Source: a virus
Strand: one strand, 5' to 3'
DNA length: 64,000 nucleotides
IMG/VR virus record: IMGVR_UViG_3300037518_000322
Location: 32,001-96,000 of that record
Below, one piece after another: positions 19,068 to 28,181 of this stretch (the first letter of the stretch is position 1; each line of letters begins with the position of its first letter). The translations under genes were made by a program, and so were the position numbers. The notes below the pieces were generated by a model. It was given only the letters and a program-made list of their open reading frames with translations. It was not told where the DNA came from and ran no database searches.

Positions 19068-22000
19068 GTGGCGTTTCCTGAGAGCCCGTTGGCGATCCAG
19101 GTGGATATCAGTCTGGACGGTACCACCTGGACGGACATTACGTCGGATGTGCGGTCGGAGGATCAGATACGGATCAGCCGGGGCCGTTCCGACTGGGGGC
19201 AGCAGGTTGATGCGGGGCGCTGTACTTTCTCGCTGAGCAATACGGACGGGAAGTACAGCCCCCGCAACCCGGAGTCGACGTACTTCGGGCAGATCGGCCG
19301 CAACACACCTTGCCGCGTGTCGGTCAATACCGGGAGTGTGGCCCTGAGTCTCCCCGGGGACTCCGGTGACTACATCTCCACTCCAGATGATGCGTCGCTG
19401 GACATCACCGGGGATATCGATATCCGGTTCGATGCGACGCTGAACAACTGGATCCTCCCCGATTACCCGTCTGAGGGCGGTGTGGGTTTCGACCGTACGG
19501 AACTCGTCGGGAAGGGGTCGTCCGGGGAAGTCTCATGGATCCTGTACATCCGGCTCAGCAGGCCCTACCTGATCTGGTCGGAGGACGGCTCTGCGCTGAA
19601 ATTTGCGACGCCGACCGATCTCCCTCTGACGTCGAGTGGACGCCTTGCTCTACGGGCCACGCTCGATGTGGACAACGGCGCGAGCGGGCACGACATCACG
19701 TTCTACACGGCCGACAGTATTGATGGTCCGTGGATTCAGCTGGGTGAGGTGCTCACCGGATCGGGTACCACGTCCATCCACAGCGGTTCGGCTGATCTGC
19801 GTATCGGGAGTATTCCTGATTTTGACTTCGATGAGGCCATCGGCCGCGTCCACGCCGTGCAGGTTCTGTCCGGTATTGATGGCACCGCTGTGGCCAATCC
19901 CGATTTCACCGCGCAGTCTGACGGCGCGACCAGTTTCGATGACGATGCGGGTCTTACCTGGACGGTGGCGGGCAACGCGGAGATCACCAATCGCAAGGTG
20001 CGTTTTCTCGGTGAGATCGCCTCCTGGACTCCGCGCTGGGAGACCGGTGGGTTCGATGTGGTGACGGAGGTGGAGGCTGCCGGAGTTCTGCGTCGTCTGA
20101 GTCAGGGCGCGGTTCCGCTGAAGTCGCCGATGTACCGGGAGCTCACTGATCCCGGGCGCAGTTCCCGCATTGCCGGGTACTGGCCGATGGAGGACGGCGA
20201 GGACGCCACGGTCCTGGGATCCGCAATCGATGGGCATCCGTCCTTCGTGATTACGGGGACGGTGACGCCTGCCCAGTATGCGGACTGGGTCGGATCCGAC
20301 GCCCTGCCGACGGTGGGCACGGGGTCGATGAAAGTGTCGATTCCGTCGTTCTCTCTGAACGCCACCAATCCGGCGAACTACCTTTTCTTTTTCGCGAAGG
20401 TCCCGGCAGCGGGCGTGGTGTCGACGCAGCGGCTCGTTTCCCTGTCCACAACAGGAACGGCCCGCACCTGGTCACTTTTTGTCGACACGTCCGGGAACCT
20501 GGACTTGCGCGCTTATGACGCTGATGGCACGCAGCTCCATGCCTCAGGGTTCGGTTCGGACTCCATCAACGGACTGGAAAAAGTAGTCCTCCTGCGGCTC
20601 GTCACGGACGGCGCCGATGTCGATTATCTTGTCACTGTCGTAGACGTCGCCGATTCCCTGCCCACGGCCGTTCCCGATGATTCGCCTGAAGTTTTCGACT
20701 TCAGTGGCACTGTCACCTCGGAGACGATGGGAATCGCTTCTGCTATCCGTTTCGGTGAAGACGGTGCGATGAATGACACGGTCATCGGGCAGGTGACCCT
20801 GGGCAATTCGACACTGAGTTTCACAGGCACTGCGGCCCCGATTGTAGGCTGGAACGCCGAGGAGGCTGCCTCTCGCATTTCGAGGCTGGGGGACGAGGAG
20901 GAAATCCACTCCTACGCCACCGGCCCTGGAGATGAGCAGGCAGGCCCGCAGGCTCGTGGCACGGCGGCTGATCTGATGCAGACCGCCGCCGAGGTGGACG
21001 GCGGGATCCTTGCCGAGCAGCGTGACATCCTGGGGATCCGCTATGTCACGCGGGCCAGCCTGTACAACCAGCCTGCCGCGCTCGTCCTTGATTACACCGG
21101 CTCTGATGGGCTGGTGACCCCGCTCGATCCGGTTGATGACGATCAGAGCGTTACGAACGATGTCTCCGTCCAGCGCACGGACGGGGCCATCGCCCGGGTG
21201 GCGTTGGACTCCGGAGCCTTGTCCACGCAGATCCCTCCGGACGGGATCGGCCTGTATGACACCGCGCACACCCTCAACCTCCTGGACGACACGCAGCCGC
21301 TGAACCATGCGGGGTGGCGTCTGCACATCGGCACCTGGGACGAGACTCGTTTCCCTGAGGTGACGGTGAATCTGGCAGCCGCTCCTGCCTCGATCGAGGC
21401 TGCTGCCGCTGTTGACGTCGGCTCCCGCGTTCAGATCACCAACCCGCCCGTGTGGCTGCCGCCGGACACTTTGGATCTGCTCGTGCAGGGCTATTCGGAG
21501 GTGATGGACCAGTACCGGTGGGTCATTACCTACAACTGCACCCCGGCCGGTCCGTTCGATGTGGCGTGGGCCGGTGATGACGACACGGCGGAGCAGGAGC
21601 TGGAGTTTGCCTGGGCCGACACGGAAGGCGCCGAGCTGGCGGAGGCACTGTCGACGACGGAGACGGACGTCGACGTTCTCACCACGTCGGGGCCGACGTG
21701 GACCGACGATGTGGGTGATACCCCGTACGACCTGCGGGTGGGCGGCGAGGTCATGACCGTCACCGCGCCGCACGGTCTGGTCAACGACAACCCATTTTTT
21801 GACACCAGCGTGACCGGGTGGACTGCTGTCAACGGCACTGTCACCTTTTCCCAGGCCCAGGTCATACCTCACCCAGCCGCTACCGGGTCTGCGCTGGCCA
21901 CACCGACTGGAGGATCCGCCAACCGGATTCAGTCGTCCAATACCGCCGATGGTTCCATCACCGGGTCTGGGCGATACCAGGCGACAACGTGGGTGTATGT

Positions 22001-22955
22001 GCCGTCCGGCTGGAACGGTATTCAGGTCCAGGTCAACTGGCGTAACTCGGCGGGCAGTCTGCTGTCGACATCGAGCGGCACGGTGACCAGTATTGCGGCC
22101 GGAATATGGACGCTGATCACCGAGACATTCACGGCCAATGCCTCAGCGGTCCGGTGCAATGTAGTTGTTCAGCAGACGGGCACCCCTGCCTCGACGGATA
22201 TCTGGTATGCGTGGGGCGTCCGTGTGGTCCGCCTGAAAGCGTCGTCCGTGTACGACGAGTTCGGCCGGACTGCGACGGACAGTTGGGAGCTGGCGGACTC
22301 CGGGCAGACGTGGACGAACCAGGGTGCGGCGGCAGCGAATTTCGATGTCGCCAGTGGGGCTGGTACGCACACGCTGACGGCGGCCAACTCGGCGCACCGG
22401 TCGTCTGTAGCGGCGCCGTCCGCTGACTTTGACATCTATATGGATGTCGCGGCCAGCGCCCTGGCTACGGGCGGTCCGCTGTATGTGGGGCCGATGGCCC
22501 GCTACACGGATGTCGACAATTTGTATGTGGCGCGGGTGGCGTTCTCCACTTCGCAGACGGTGACGCTGGTCATTTTCAAGCGGGTCGCTGCCGCTCAGAC
22601 GAACTTGGTGTCGTTCACGACGCGGCTGACGCATGTCGCCGGAACGTCCTACCGGGTCAGGTTCCAGGGGTTTGGCACCGCGTTGAAGGCGAAGGTGTGG
22701 GAAGCGTCCGAGCTGGAGCCCGGTCCGTGGCAGGCCGAGGTCACCGATTCTTCGTTGACTGGTGCGGCGAGTCTGGGGTGCTGGTCGCTTCGTGACACCG
22801 CGAACACAAACACAAACCCGGTCATCTCGTTCGACAACTTCGATCTGACCAACCCGCAGACATACACGGTGACCCGCTCTCAGAACGGTGTCGTCAAAAC
22901 CCACAGTGCGGGCGCGGATGTTGTTCTTGCTTATCCCGCTTATGTGGGTCTCTAG
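19068..22955 (+). CDS. large multidomain tail tip/baseplate protein with lectin and carbohydrate-binding-like domains
   Basis: N-terminus WTDITSDVR...ISRGR...LSNTDGKYSP; LamG-like segments; CBM-like NPFFDTSVTGW. Confidence 0.8.
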   Translation: MAFPESPLAIQVDISLDGTTWTDITSDVRSEDQIRISRGRSDWGQQVDAGRCTFSLSNTDGKYSPRNPESTYFGQIGRNTPCRVSVNTGSVALSLPGDSGDYISTPDDASLDITGDIDIRFDATLNNWILPDYPSEGGVGFDRTELVGKGSSGEVSWILYIRLSRPYLIWSEDGSALKFATPTDLPLTSSGRLALRATLDVDNGASGHDITFYTADSIDGPWIQLGEVLTGSGTTSIHSGSADLRIGSIPDFDFDEAIGRVHAVQVLSGIDGTAVANPDFTAQSDGATSFDDDAGLTWTVAGNAEITNRKVRFLGEIASWTPRWETGGFDVVTEVEAAGVLRRLSQGAVPLKSPMYRELTDPGRSSRIAGYWPMEDGEDATVLGSAIDGHPSFVITGTVTPAQYADWVGSDALPTVGTGSMKVSIPSFSLNATNPANYLFFFAKVPAAGVVSTQRLVSLSTTGTARTWSLFVDTSGNLDLRAYDADGTQLHASGFGSDSINGLEKVVLLRLVTDGADVDYLVTVVDVADSLPTAVPDDSPEVFDFSGTVTSETMGIASAIRFGEDGAMNDTVIGQVTLGNSTLSFTGTAAPIVGWNAEEAASRISRLGDEEEIHSYATGPGDEQAGPQARGTAADLMQTAAEVDGGILAEQRDILGIRYVTRASLYNQPAALVLDYTGSDGLVTPLDPVDDDQSVTNDVSVQRTDGAIARVALDSGALSTQIPPDGIGLYDTAHTLNLLDDTQPLNHAGWRLHIGTWDETRFPEVTVNLAAAPASIEAAAAVDVGSRVQITNPPVWLPPDTLDLLVQGYSEVMDQYRWVITYNCTPAGPFDVAWAGDDDTAEQELEFAWADTEGAELAEALSTTETDVDVLTTSGPTWTDDVGDTPYDLRVGGEVMTVTAPHGLVNDNPFFDTSVTGWTAVNGTVTFSQAQVIPHPAATGSALATPTGGSANRIQSSNTADGSITGSGRYQATTWVYVPSGWNGIQVQVNWRNSAGSLLSTSSGTVTSIAAGIWTLITETFTANASAVRCNVVVQQTGTPASTDIWYAWGVRVVRLKASSVYDEFGRTATDSWELADSGQTWTNQGAAAANFDVASGAGTHTLTAANSAHRSSVAAPSADFDIYMDVAASALATGGPLYVGPMARYTDVDNLYVARVAFSTSQTVTLVIFKRVAAAQTNLVSFTTRLTHVAGTSYRVRFQGFGTALKAKVWEASELEPGPWQAEVTDSSLTGAASLGCWSLRDTANTNTNPVISFDNFDLTNPQTYTVTRSQNGVVKTHSAGADVVLAYPAYVGL

Positions 22956-22964
22956 GAGGCTGTT

Positions 22965-23453
22965 GTGGCTGTAACAGCATGGCGGGCGGGTGCACGTATT
23001 ACCGCCACCAGGCTTGGGGAGATGCTGCCCGTCTGGGCGGCGTGGACTCCAACCTGGACCAGTGCGTCCGGTACTGCGCCCGCCTACGGCAACGCGATCG
23101 TCGACTGTAAATTCGCACAGAGCGGCGACGTGGTCTTCTTCGAGATCGCGATCGTCTTCGGGTCCACCACCACATTCGGTGACGCGGGGGAGAACTGGAG
23201 CTTCAGTCTCCCGGTGACTGCTGCGGAAACACAGTCGATTGCAGGCATGGGCGAGATCCAGGACGGTGCGGCGACCGAGCGCTGGCCGGTCCGTGCACGT
23301 GTCGCCACCACCACAACTGTCGTGGTGGAGCTATCGGGCCGCAACTACAACGACACCGCCAACGTCAGCAGCGGCGTGGTCGACGCAACGACTCCGCATA
23401 CGTGGGCGTCAACGGACCGGATTCTGCTGCATGGCCACTACCAAGCCGCGTAA
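22965..23453 (+). CDS. minor tail/fibre protein
   Basis: WAAWTPTWT...FSLPV motifs typical of actinophage tail proteins. Confidence 0.7.
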   Translation: MAVTAWRAGARITATRLGEMLPVWAAWTPTWTSASGTAPAYGNAIVDCKFAQSGDVVFFEIAIVFGSTTTFGDAGENWSFSLPVTAAETQSIAGMGEIQDGAATERWPVRARVATTTTVVVELSGRNYNDTANVSSGVVDATTPHTWASTDRILLHGHYQAA

Positions 23454-23487
23454 TTAGCAAACACACACAGGGAAAGAGAGAGAGACG

Positions 23488-23706
23488 ATGACAGCAATAG
23501 TGAAGGGATACACCGTAGGTGTCGGCACCAGTGAAGAAGGTGCGGTATACCGCGTCCCCATGAGTGTTGGTGCGGTAGGCGGCGAGACAACCATATGGGC
23601 CGTTCACGATGTGCTGAAGGGCATTTGGGAAGACGCATTCCCAACGACCTTCGTGTCAGAGGTCATCCGGCACGAGGCCGAAGACGTCGTCCTGACGCAC
23701 CCGTAG
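23488..23706 (+). CDS. hypothetical protein
   Basis: ORF between the tail and lysis modules. Confidence 0.5.
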   Translation: MTAIVKGYTVGVGTSEEGAVYRVPMSVGAVGGETTIWAVHDVLKGIWEDAFPTTFVSEVIRHEAEDVVLTHP

Positions 23707-23785
23707 CCACCTCAGCAAGGCTTGTCCGCCTCGTGCCATGGTCCGGGGCTTTTCTCATGCCTGTAGAGCAGCAAGGGAGTTGCTG

Positions 23786-24724
23786 ATGGCCGTACCCCTA
23801 CCTGCGGACCGGCTACTCAGTGCACTGCGTGCTGAGGGCGTCGGTGTCCGCGAGTACAAGTCCTGGCGTACCCACAACCGTGACAGTGAGACGGGCCGGG
23901 CGTTCGGTCCGGTCAACGGTGTCATCATCCACCACACCGCAGGCAGCAACTCGCTGGCGCTCTGCTACAACGGCACCTCTTCGCTCCCGGGTCCGCTGTG
24001 CCATACCCACTTGTCGAAGGCGGGCGTGGCGACGATGGTCGGTCACGGCCGTACCAACCACGCGGGCAGCTTCGCGCAGAACGCTCACAACGCGGTCGTC
24101 GCCGAGACGCCCACACACCCCCGGCCGGACGCGTCCGAGCCGGTCGATGCGAACGACAAGTACTACGGCATCGAGATCGAGAACCTCGGCAACGGCCGCG
24201 ACCCCTACCCGGCCGTGCAGTACGACGCGGCGGTGCGTTGGGCGGCGGCGATCTGCCGGGCGCATGGCTGGACGGCGCACTCGGTGATCGGCCACAAGGA
24301 AGGCACCCGCCGCAAGATCGACCCCACGTTCAGCATGAACACCTTCCGTGCCGATGTCGCCGAGCGCCTGAAGCATCCGGCCTCGTGGAGTCCGGGCAAG
24401 GACGAGGAGGACCCCTTGAGCGGTATGACTGATAAGGACATCGCGAAGGCGGTGTGGCTGACCGACGGTGTTGTGGGTGTCCCCGCCGACTGGACGAAGC
24501 CGACCAACAGGGAATGGATGGCGGCTTCCATCGTCGTTGACACCGGCAAGCGCGTGCGTTCCATCGAGAAGCAGATGGCTGCACAGAATGCCACCATCAC
24601 CGAGCTCGTCAAGACGGTCGGCTCCCTGGCCACCGGCTCGGCGACGGTGGACACCGAAGAGCTGGTGGCGCGGATCCGCCAAGCGATCGAGTCGGTAACC
24701 GTACGTCTGGATGTGGAGGGCTGA
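23786..24724 (+). CDS. endolysin, N-acetylmuramoyl-L-alanine amidase (Amidase_2)
   Basis: Zn-amidase motifs IIHHTAG, NHAG, GIEIEN, IGHKE and KIDP. Confidence 0.92.
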   Translation: MAVPLPADRLLSALRAEGVGVREYKSWRTHNRDSETGRAFGPVNGVIIHHTAGSNSLALCYNGTSSLPGPLCHTHLSKAGVATMVGHGRTNHAGSFAQNAHNAVVAETPTHPRPDASEPVDANDKYYGIEIENLGNGRDPYPAVQYDAAVRWAAAICRAHGWTAHSVIGHKEGTRRKIDPTFSMNTFRADVAERLKHPASWSPGKDEEDPLSGMTDKDIAKAVWLTDGVVGVPADWTKPTNREWMAASIVVDTGKRVRSIEKQMAAQNATITELVKTVGSLATGSATVDTEELVARIRQAIESVTVRLDVEG

Positions 24725-24727
24725 GCT

Positions 24728-24940
24728 GTGTCTGTCTACTGGAAGGATCTTGCTGAGCGGGTCGTCTCGACGTATCTCCAGGCGTTCCTGGGTTCGGTCG
24801 TCGTGACGGAGATGACGGACAAGAGTATGTGGCTGGCCGCTGTGTCGGCGGGTGTTGCTGCTGCGGCGTCCCTGGTGAAGGGCCTGGCTGCCGGTCATGT
24901 GGGGCTGAGGGATTCGGCGAGCCTGTCGAAGGATGTCTGA
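24728..24940 (+). CDS. holin (r1t-like)
   Basis: WKDLAERVVSTYLQAFLG motif; two hydrophobic segments; follows the lysin. Confidence 0.8.
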   Translation: MSVYWKDLAERVVSTYLQAFLGSVVVTEMTDKSMWLAAVSAGVAAAASLVKGLAAGHVGLRDSASLSKDV

Positions 24941-25185
24941 TGAGCGCCCCGCCTCCCGAGACGGGGTGCACGCTCAACGACCTCCGGCTGGCGATGGAGG
25001 TCGGGTTCACCCGCATTGATGGGAAGCTCGACCACCTCACCGAACACCTCACCGACACCGACAAGGACGTGGAAGAGCTTCGCGCTCGACTCACGGCTGT
25101 CGAGCAGAAGGTGTGGAAGGCATCTGGGGCCGCCGCGCTTGTGGGCATGGCCGTCCCTTACGTTCTTCAGGTTGTGGGGAAGTGA
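24940..25185 (+). CDS. coiled-coil protein with C-terminal TM (lysis accessory)
   Basis: Coiled coil followed by a hydrophobic C-terminus; coupled to the holin. Confidence 0.65.
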   Translation: MSAPPPETGCTLNDLRLAMEVGFTRIDGKLDHLTEHLTDTDKDVEELRARLTAVEQKVWKASGAAALVGMAVPYVLQVVGK

Positions 25186-25189
25186 CACC

Positions 25190-25396
25190 ATGGAACCTTC
25201 GGACGTCATCTGGTCATCCGTGCTGGTGCTGGGCGCCGTCGTCGAGACGTGGGCACTACGCAACGGCAGGCCTGGAGACACCTTGAGCGAACGCATCCGG
25301 AAGTGGTTCCGCGTTGACACCATGACTGGCAAGGCTGTCTTCACTGTGGCTTGGGTGGGATTTAGCGCCTGGATGCTTTTTCATGTCGTGGGGTGA
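25190..25396 (+). CDS. small 2-TM membrane protein
   Basis: GDTLSERIRKW between two hydrophobic helices. Confidence 0.65.
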   Translation: MEPSDVIWSSVLVLGAVVETWALRNGRPGDTLSERIRKWFRVDTMTGKAVFTVAWVGFSAWMLFHVVG

Positions 25397-25492
25397 CGCT
25401 GCGTTTCCGTTTACACGTGTAACACTTTCGTCTCTCCTTCCGCTGGTCAAGGTGGGGCGTCAGCCCCGTATGACTACAACGGAGAGGTATCC

Positions 25493-25702
25493 ATGTTCAC
25501 GAAGCGGCTCTTTGCTGTCACCGCCCTGGCGGCATCTGCCCTGTTCGGTTTCTCTGGTGCGGCTGTGGCCACCGACCTGCCCAATGACAACTGGTCCTGT
25601 CAGAACCCGGCGGGCAACGAGGTCATGGGCGAGTGCAACGGCGTACCGCTGGACGTCGTCAACCCGGGCGGCAACACGCCTCCGGCGTGGCAGGGCAGGT
25701 AG
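25493..25702 (+). CDS. small secreted peptide
   Basis: GGAGAGG RBS; signal peptide ending AVA; mature part has 2 Cys. Confidence 0.65.
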   Translation: MFTKRLFAVTALAASALFGFSGAAVATDLPNDNWSCQNPAGNEVMGECNGVPLDVVNPGGNTPPAWQGR

Positions 25703-25782
25703 CCTCGCTGGGGCCTGGTTCAGCTCATGTAGACTGGACCGTCCACAACAGTTGAGGCGTGGCAGGTGCCCCCGGTTGTCGC

Positions 25783-26088
25783 TTATGCGGCGGCCGGGGG
25801 CGCTTTTTTCGTTGTGCCACCCATCTGCTCGTAGAGCTCGATGAAGTCGCTGGCCTCGTAGACGCGGGCGTAGCGGCCGGGGTGTCCCTGTGGTGAGGTG
25901 CGGCGCTTGCCGACGGGGGTGAGGTGGAAGCGGGCGAGGATGCGGAGCTTGGTCATGATGGCTTGGACGGGCAGGCTCTGTGGGTCGTTCGGCAGGGGGC
26001 CGAGGTAGTGGGCGGCGTCGGCGACGGTCCACAGGGTGTCGCCGTCCTCGATGACGGGCAGTTCTTGGGAGGTCCAGCCGCGTGTCAT
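25783..26088 (-). CDS. putative DNA-binding (HTH) protein
   Basis: LWTVADAAHYL...RVYEASDF; ATG coupled to the upstream stop. Confidence 0.55.
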   Translation of the reverse strand: MTRGWTSQELPVIEDGDTLWTVADAAHYLGPLPNDPQSLPVQAIMTKLRILARFHLTPVGKRRTSPQGHPGRYARVYEASDFIELYEQMGGTTKKAPPAAA

Positions 26089-26714
26089 GCTGCCGCCTCC
26101 ATTTCGTCCCAGCGGAAGGCGAGCTGGTCGTCGATGAGGGTGAACTGTACTGCCCAGCGGGGGCGTTGTCCGTCGTCTGTCTTGCAGTAGGGGTTGACGC
26201 AGACGGCCTGTCCCGTCGGGGGGTTCCACCGCATGGTGTCCCGCTTGCAGTAGGGGCAGCGGGCTTCGCCTTCGCCGGGCTGGCGTGGTAGGCGGTGGAG
26301 GCCGTTCTGGGGGTTGAAGACGGTGTCGGCGCGTCGGGTCCAGGTGGCGATGTAGCTGAGGACACCGAGGACGGTGACGGTGTCGCTGGTTGTGCACAGC
26401 TTGACGACGGAGTCGATGGCGTAGCGGGTGTTGGTGCTGGAGGATCCGCGTCGTTTCGGGTATCCGCCGGTGAGGCGTTCTTTGAGGTGGGATTCGAGGC
26501 GGCGTATCTCGGTATGGAATTCGAGTGTCAACTCGGCGGCGACGGAATTCCAGGGAATGGGTGTGGTGGAGCGGCGGTGTTGTGTGATGCGTTCTTGTCC
26601 ACTTGAGGTAGACTGCCGGTGTGGGATTTCGAGTTCGAGGGCGCAGTACAGGCGCCATGCGTGCTGGGCGCTGCCATTGAGGCGCGCGTGGAGGCTCCCC
26701 GGCTCATGGATCAC
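26085..26714 (-). CDS. Zn-ribbon protein, possible late transcription regulator
   Basis: CPYC...CVNPYC. The start is uncertain (26714 or 26747) and the regulator role is inferred from position only. Confidence 0.55.
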   Translation of the reverse strand: MIHEPGSLHARLNGSAQHAWRLYCALELEIPHRQSTSSGQERITQHRRSTTPIPWNSVAAELTLEFHTEIRRLESHLKERLTGGYPKRRGSSSTNTRYAIDSVVKLCTTSDTVTVLGVLSYIATWTRRADTVFNPQNGLHRLPRQPGEGEARCPYCKRDTMRWNPPTGQAVCVNPYCKTDDGQRPRWAVQFTLIDDQLAFRWDEMEAAA

Positions 26715-26745
26715 TTGGTGATTGTAACCACTAATTGAACAGCGC

Positions 26746-26785
26746 AAGCCCCCGCTTCCGTCTTTTGACGGGGCGGGGGCTTTTT
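26746..26785. terminator. intrinsic terminator hairpin
   Basis: AAGCCCCCGCTTCCGTC-TTTT-GACGGGGCGGGGGCTTTTT. Confidence 0.7.
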
Positions 26786-26804
26786 ACTGTCGTGTGTTGT
26801 TACG

Positions 26805-27203
26805 TCATATCGTGTTCTGGCCGCGTGAGATTTTTTCTGCTTTCACGAGGAGGTCGGTGAACTCTTTCTTCTTCCTGTCCTCTTCTTCGATGATGCGCTT
26901 GGTGGTCTCCTCGTTGCGGGCCAGGAGCGCGTCCTGGCTGGTCTCGCCTTCGCCGTCGCCTTCGACTTCCTCTATCCAGGTCTGGGTGACGTGGCGGATG
27001 ACGCGGCGCTTCTCCTCGGGGTACTCCTTCACGCGGTACGCTTGGGTGCGTGTGAGTCTGTCCCGGTCGTCGTCCATCCCGCCGAGGTGGATCCAGCGCC
27101 CTTCCTCGTCCTGGTACTGGATGTAGAAGGTGTCCTCCTGCTCGACCAGGGCGCCCGGCGGGAAATCCTGCTGCCTGACGGGCCAGTCGCTGGCATCTGA
27201 CAT
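26805..27203 (-). CDS. hypothetical protein
   Basis: MSDASDWPV... with upstream AGAGGGG RBS. Confidence 0.6.
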   Translation of the reverse strand: MSDASDWPVRQQDFPPGALVEQEDTFYIQYQDEEGRWIHLGGMDDDRDRLTRTQAYRVKEYPEEKRRVIRHVTQTWIEEVEGDGEGETSQDALLARNEETTKRIIEEEDRKKKEFTDLLVKAEKISRGQNTI

Positions 27204-27226
27204 GGGAACCTGAACCCCTCTGTGTC

Positions 27227-27502
27227 TCACTTCAAGGCTTCTACGGTCTCTGCGTCCTTCGTGGAGGCTTCCTCCCGCGCTTCGTCTGCCTGCCACATCC
27301 GGTAGTTCCGTATGCTGAAAACCACGTGCATCAGGTTTGTCGGGATGAAGCCGTACTGCTTCGTGATCACATTGTATGCAATGCATAGCAGTGAGCCGAA
27401 GATCGCCACTAGGAACGCGTTCTTCAGCTTCTTCCCCAGCATCCACTCACAGGCAAACGAGACTACTGTCAAAACCCAGGGTGCCCACTGAACGATCTCC
27501 AC
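27227..27502 (-). CDS. PnuC-like small membrane protein
   Basis: Three hydrophobic helices; WMLGKK...TKQYGF...RNYRMW pattern; GGAAGG RBS. Confidence 0.55.
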   Translation of the reverse strand: MEIVQWAPWVLTVVSFACEWMLGKKLKNAFLVAIFGSLLCIAYNVITKQYGFIPTNLMHVVFSIRNYRMWQADEAREEASTKDAETVEALK

Positions 27503-27527
27503 AAAAACCTTCCGTACCTGTACCGAG

Positions 27528-27602
27528 TAGGGAGCGTGGGACTCGAACCCACAAACCACGATTTTTGAGATCGTGAGCTTTACCAATTAGCGTTAGCTCC
27601 CC
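27528..27602 (-). tRNA. tRNA-Leu(CAA), short variable arm
   Basis: Cloverleaf GGGGAGC...ACGAT-CT-CAA-AA-ATCGT...GTGGG-TTCGAGT-CCCAC-GCTCCCT-A. Confidence 0.85.
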
Positions 27603-27676
27603 GCGACTGATCCCCACACCCCAGGCTCCATGGGGGGATCAGTCTTGGATCCGCATTCCCCAAAACGAAGATCCCG

Positions 27677-27749
27677 TGCACACGGAGGGATTTGAACCCC
27701 CAACATCCTGATCCTGAATCAGGCGCCTCTGCCATTGGGCCACGCGTGC
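27677..27749 (-). tRNA. tRNA-Leu(CAG), short variable arm
   Basis: Cloverleaf GCACGCG...CCTGA-TT-CAG-GA-TCAGG...GGGGG-TTCAAAT-CCCTC-CGTGTGC-A. Confidence 0.85.
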
Positions 27750-27800
27750 TCGTCCATCCGCAGGGCTTGACCGAACGGATAGACTCTCCACTTGAGGATC

Positions 27801-27830
27801 AATCTACTGATCCCCTATTCTCCCTGTCAA
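27801..27830 (-). promoter_or_regulatory. HrdB/sigma70-like promoter for the Leu tRNAs
   Basis: TTGACA-N18-TAGATT on the - strand. Confidence 0.6.
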
Positions 27831-27852
27831 CGCACCACAAAATGGTTTGTAT

Positions 27853-28122
27853 TCAGGTTATGAGCTCCGGTGGTTCCTCGCCGGACGTAAGCCGTCCGGC
27901 GAGGAACCTGTGCGGATCCTCCCCGCCTGCCACCGGAACTACCTCCGCAGACTGTGCGGCCTGGGACCGGTGAGCCGCCTTCCGCTCATCGAAGTCCCAG
28001 AACCCGTGCTCCTCGGTGATCCGGCGGGCGATCTCCCGCACGGCTCCCCGTCCTACACGGCACTGACCCCGTGTCAGCTGATCCGCCAGTCGGTCCACTT
28101 CTGTCCGCAGGTGTGCGTGCAT
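27853..28122 (-). CDS. hypothetical protein
   Basis: MHAHLRTEVDRL... preceded by GACAAGGAAGG. Confidence 0.55.
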   Translation of the reverse strand: MHAHLRTEVDRLADQLTRGQCRVGRGAVREIARRITEEHGFWDFDERKAAHRSQAAQSAEVVPVAGGEDPHRFLAGRLTSGEEPPELIT

Positions 28123-28181
28123 CCGTGTACCTTCCTTGTCGTTGCGGGCTGGGCATACCTGAACTGTCCGGCCCGTGTTCT

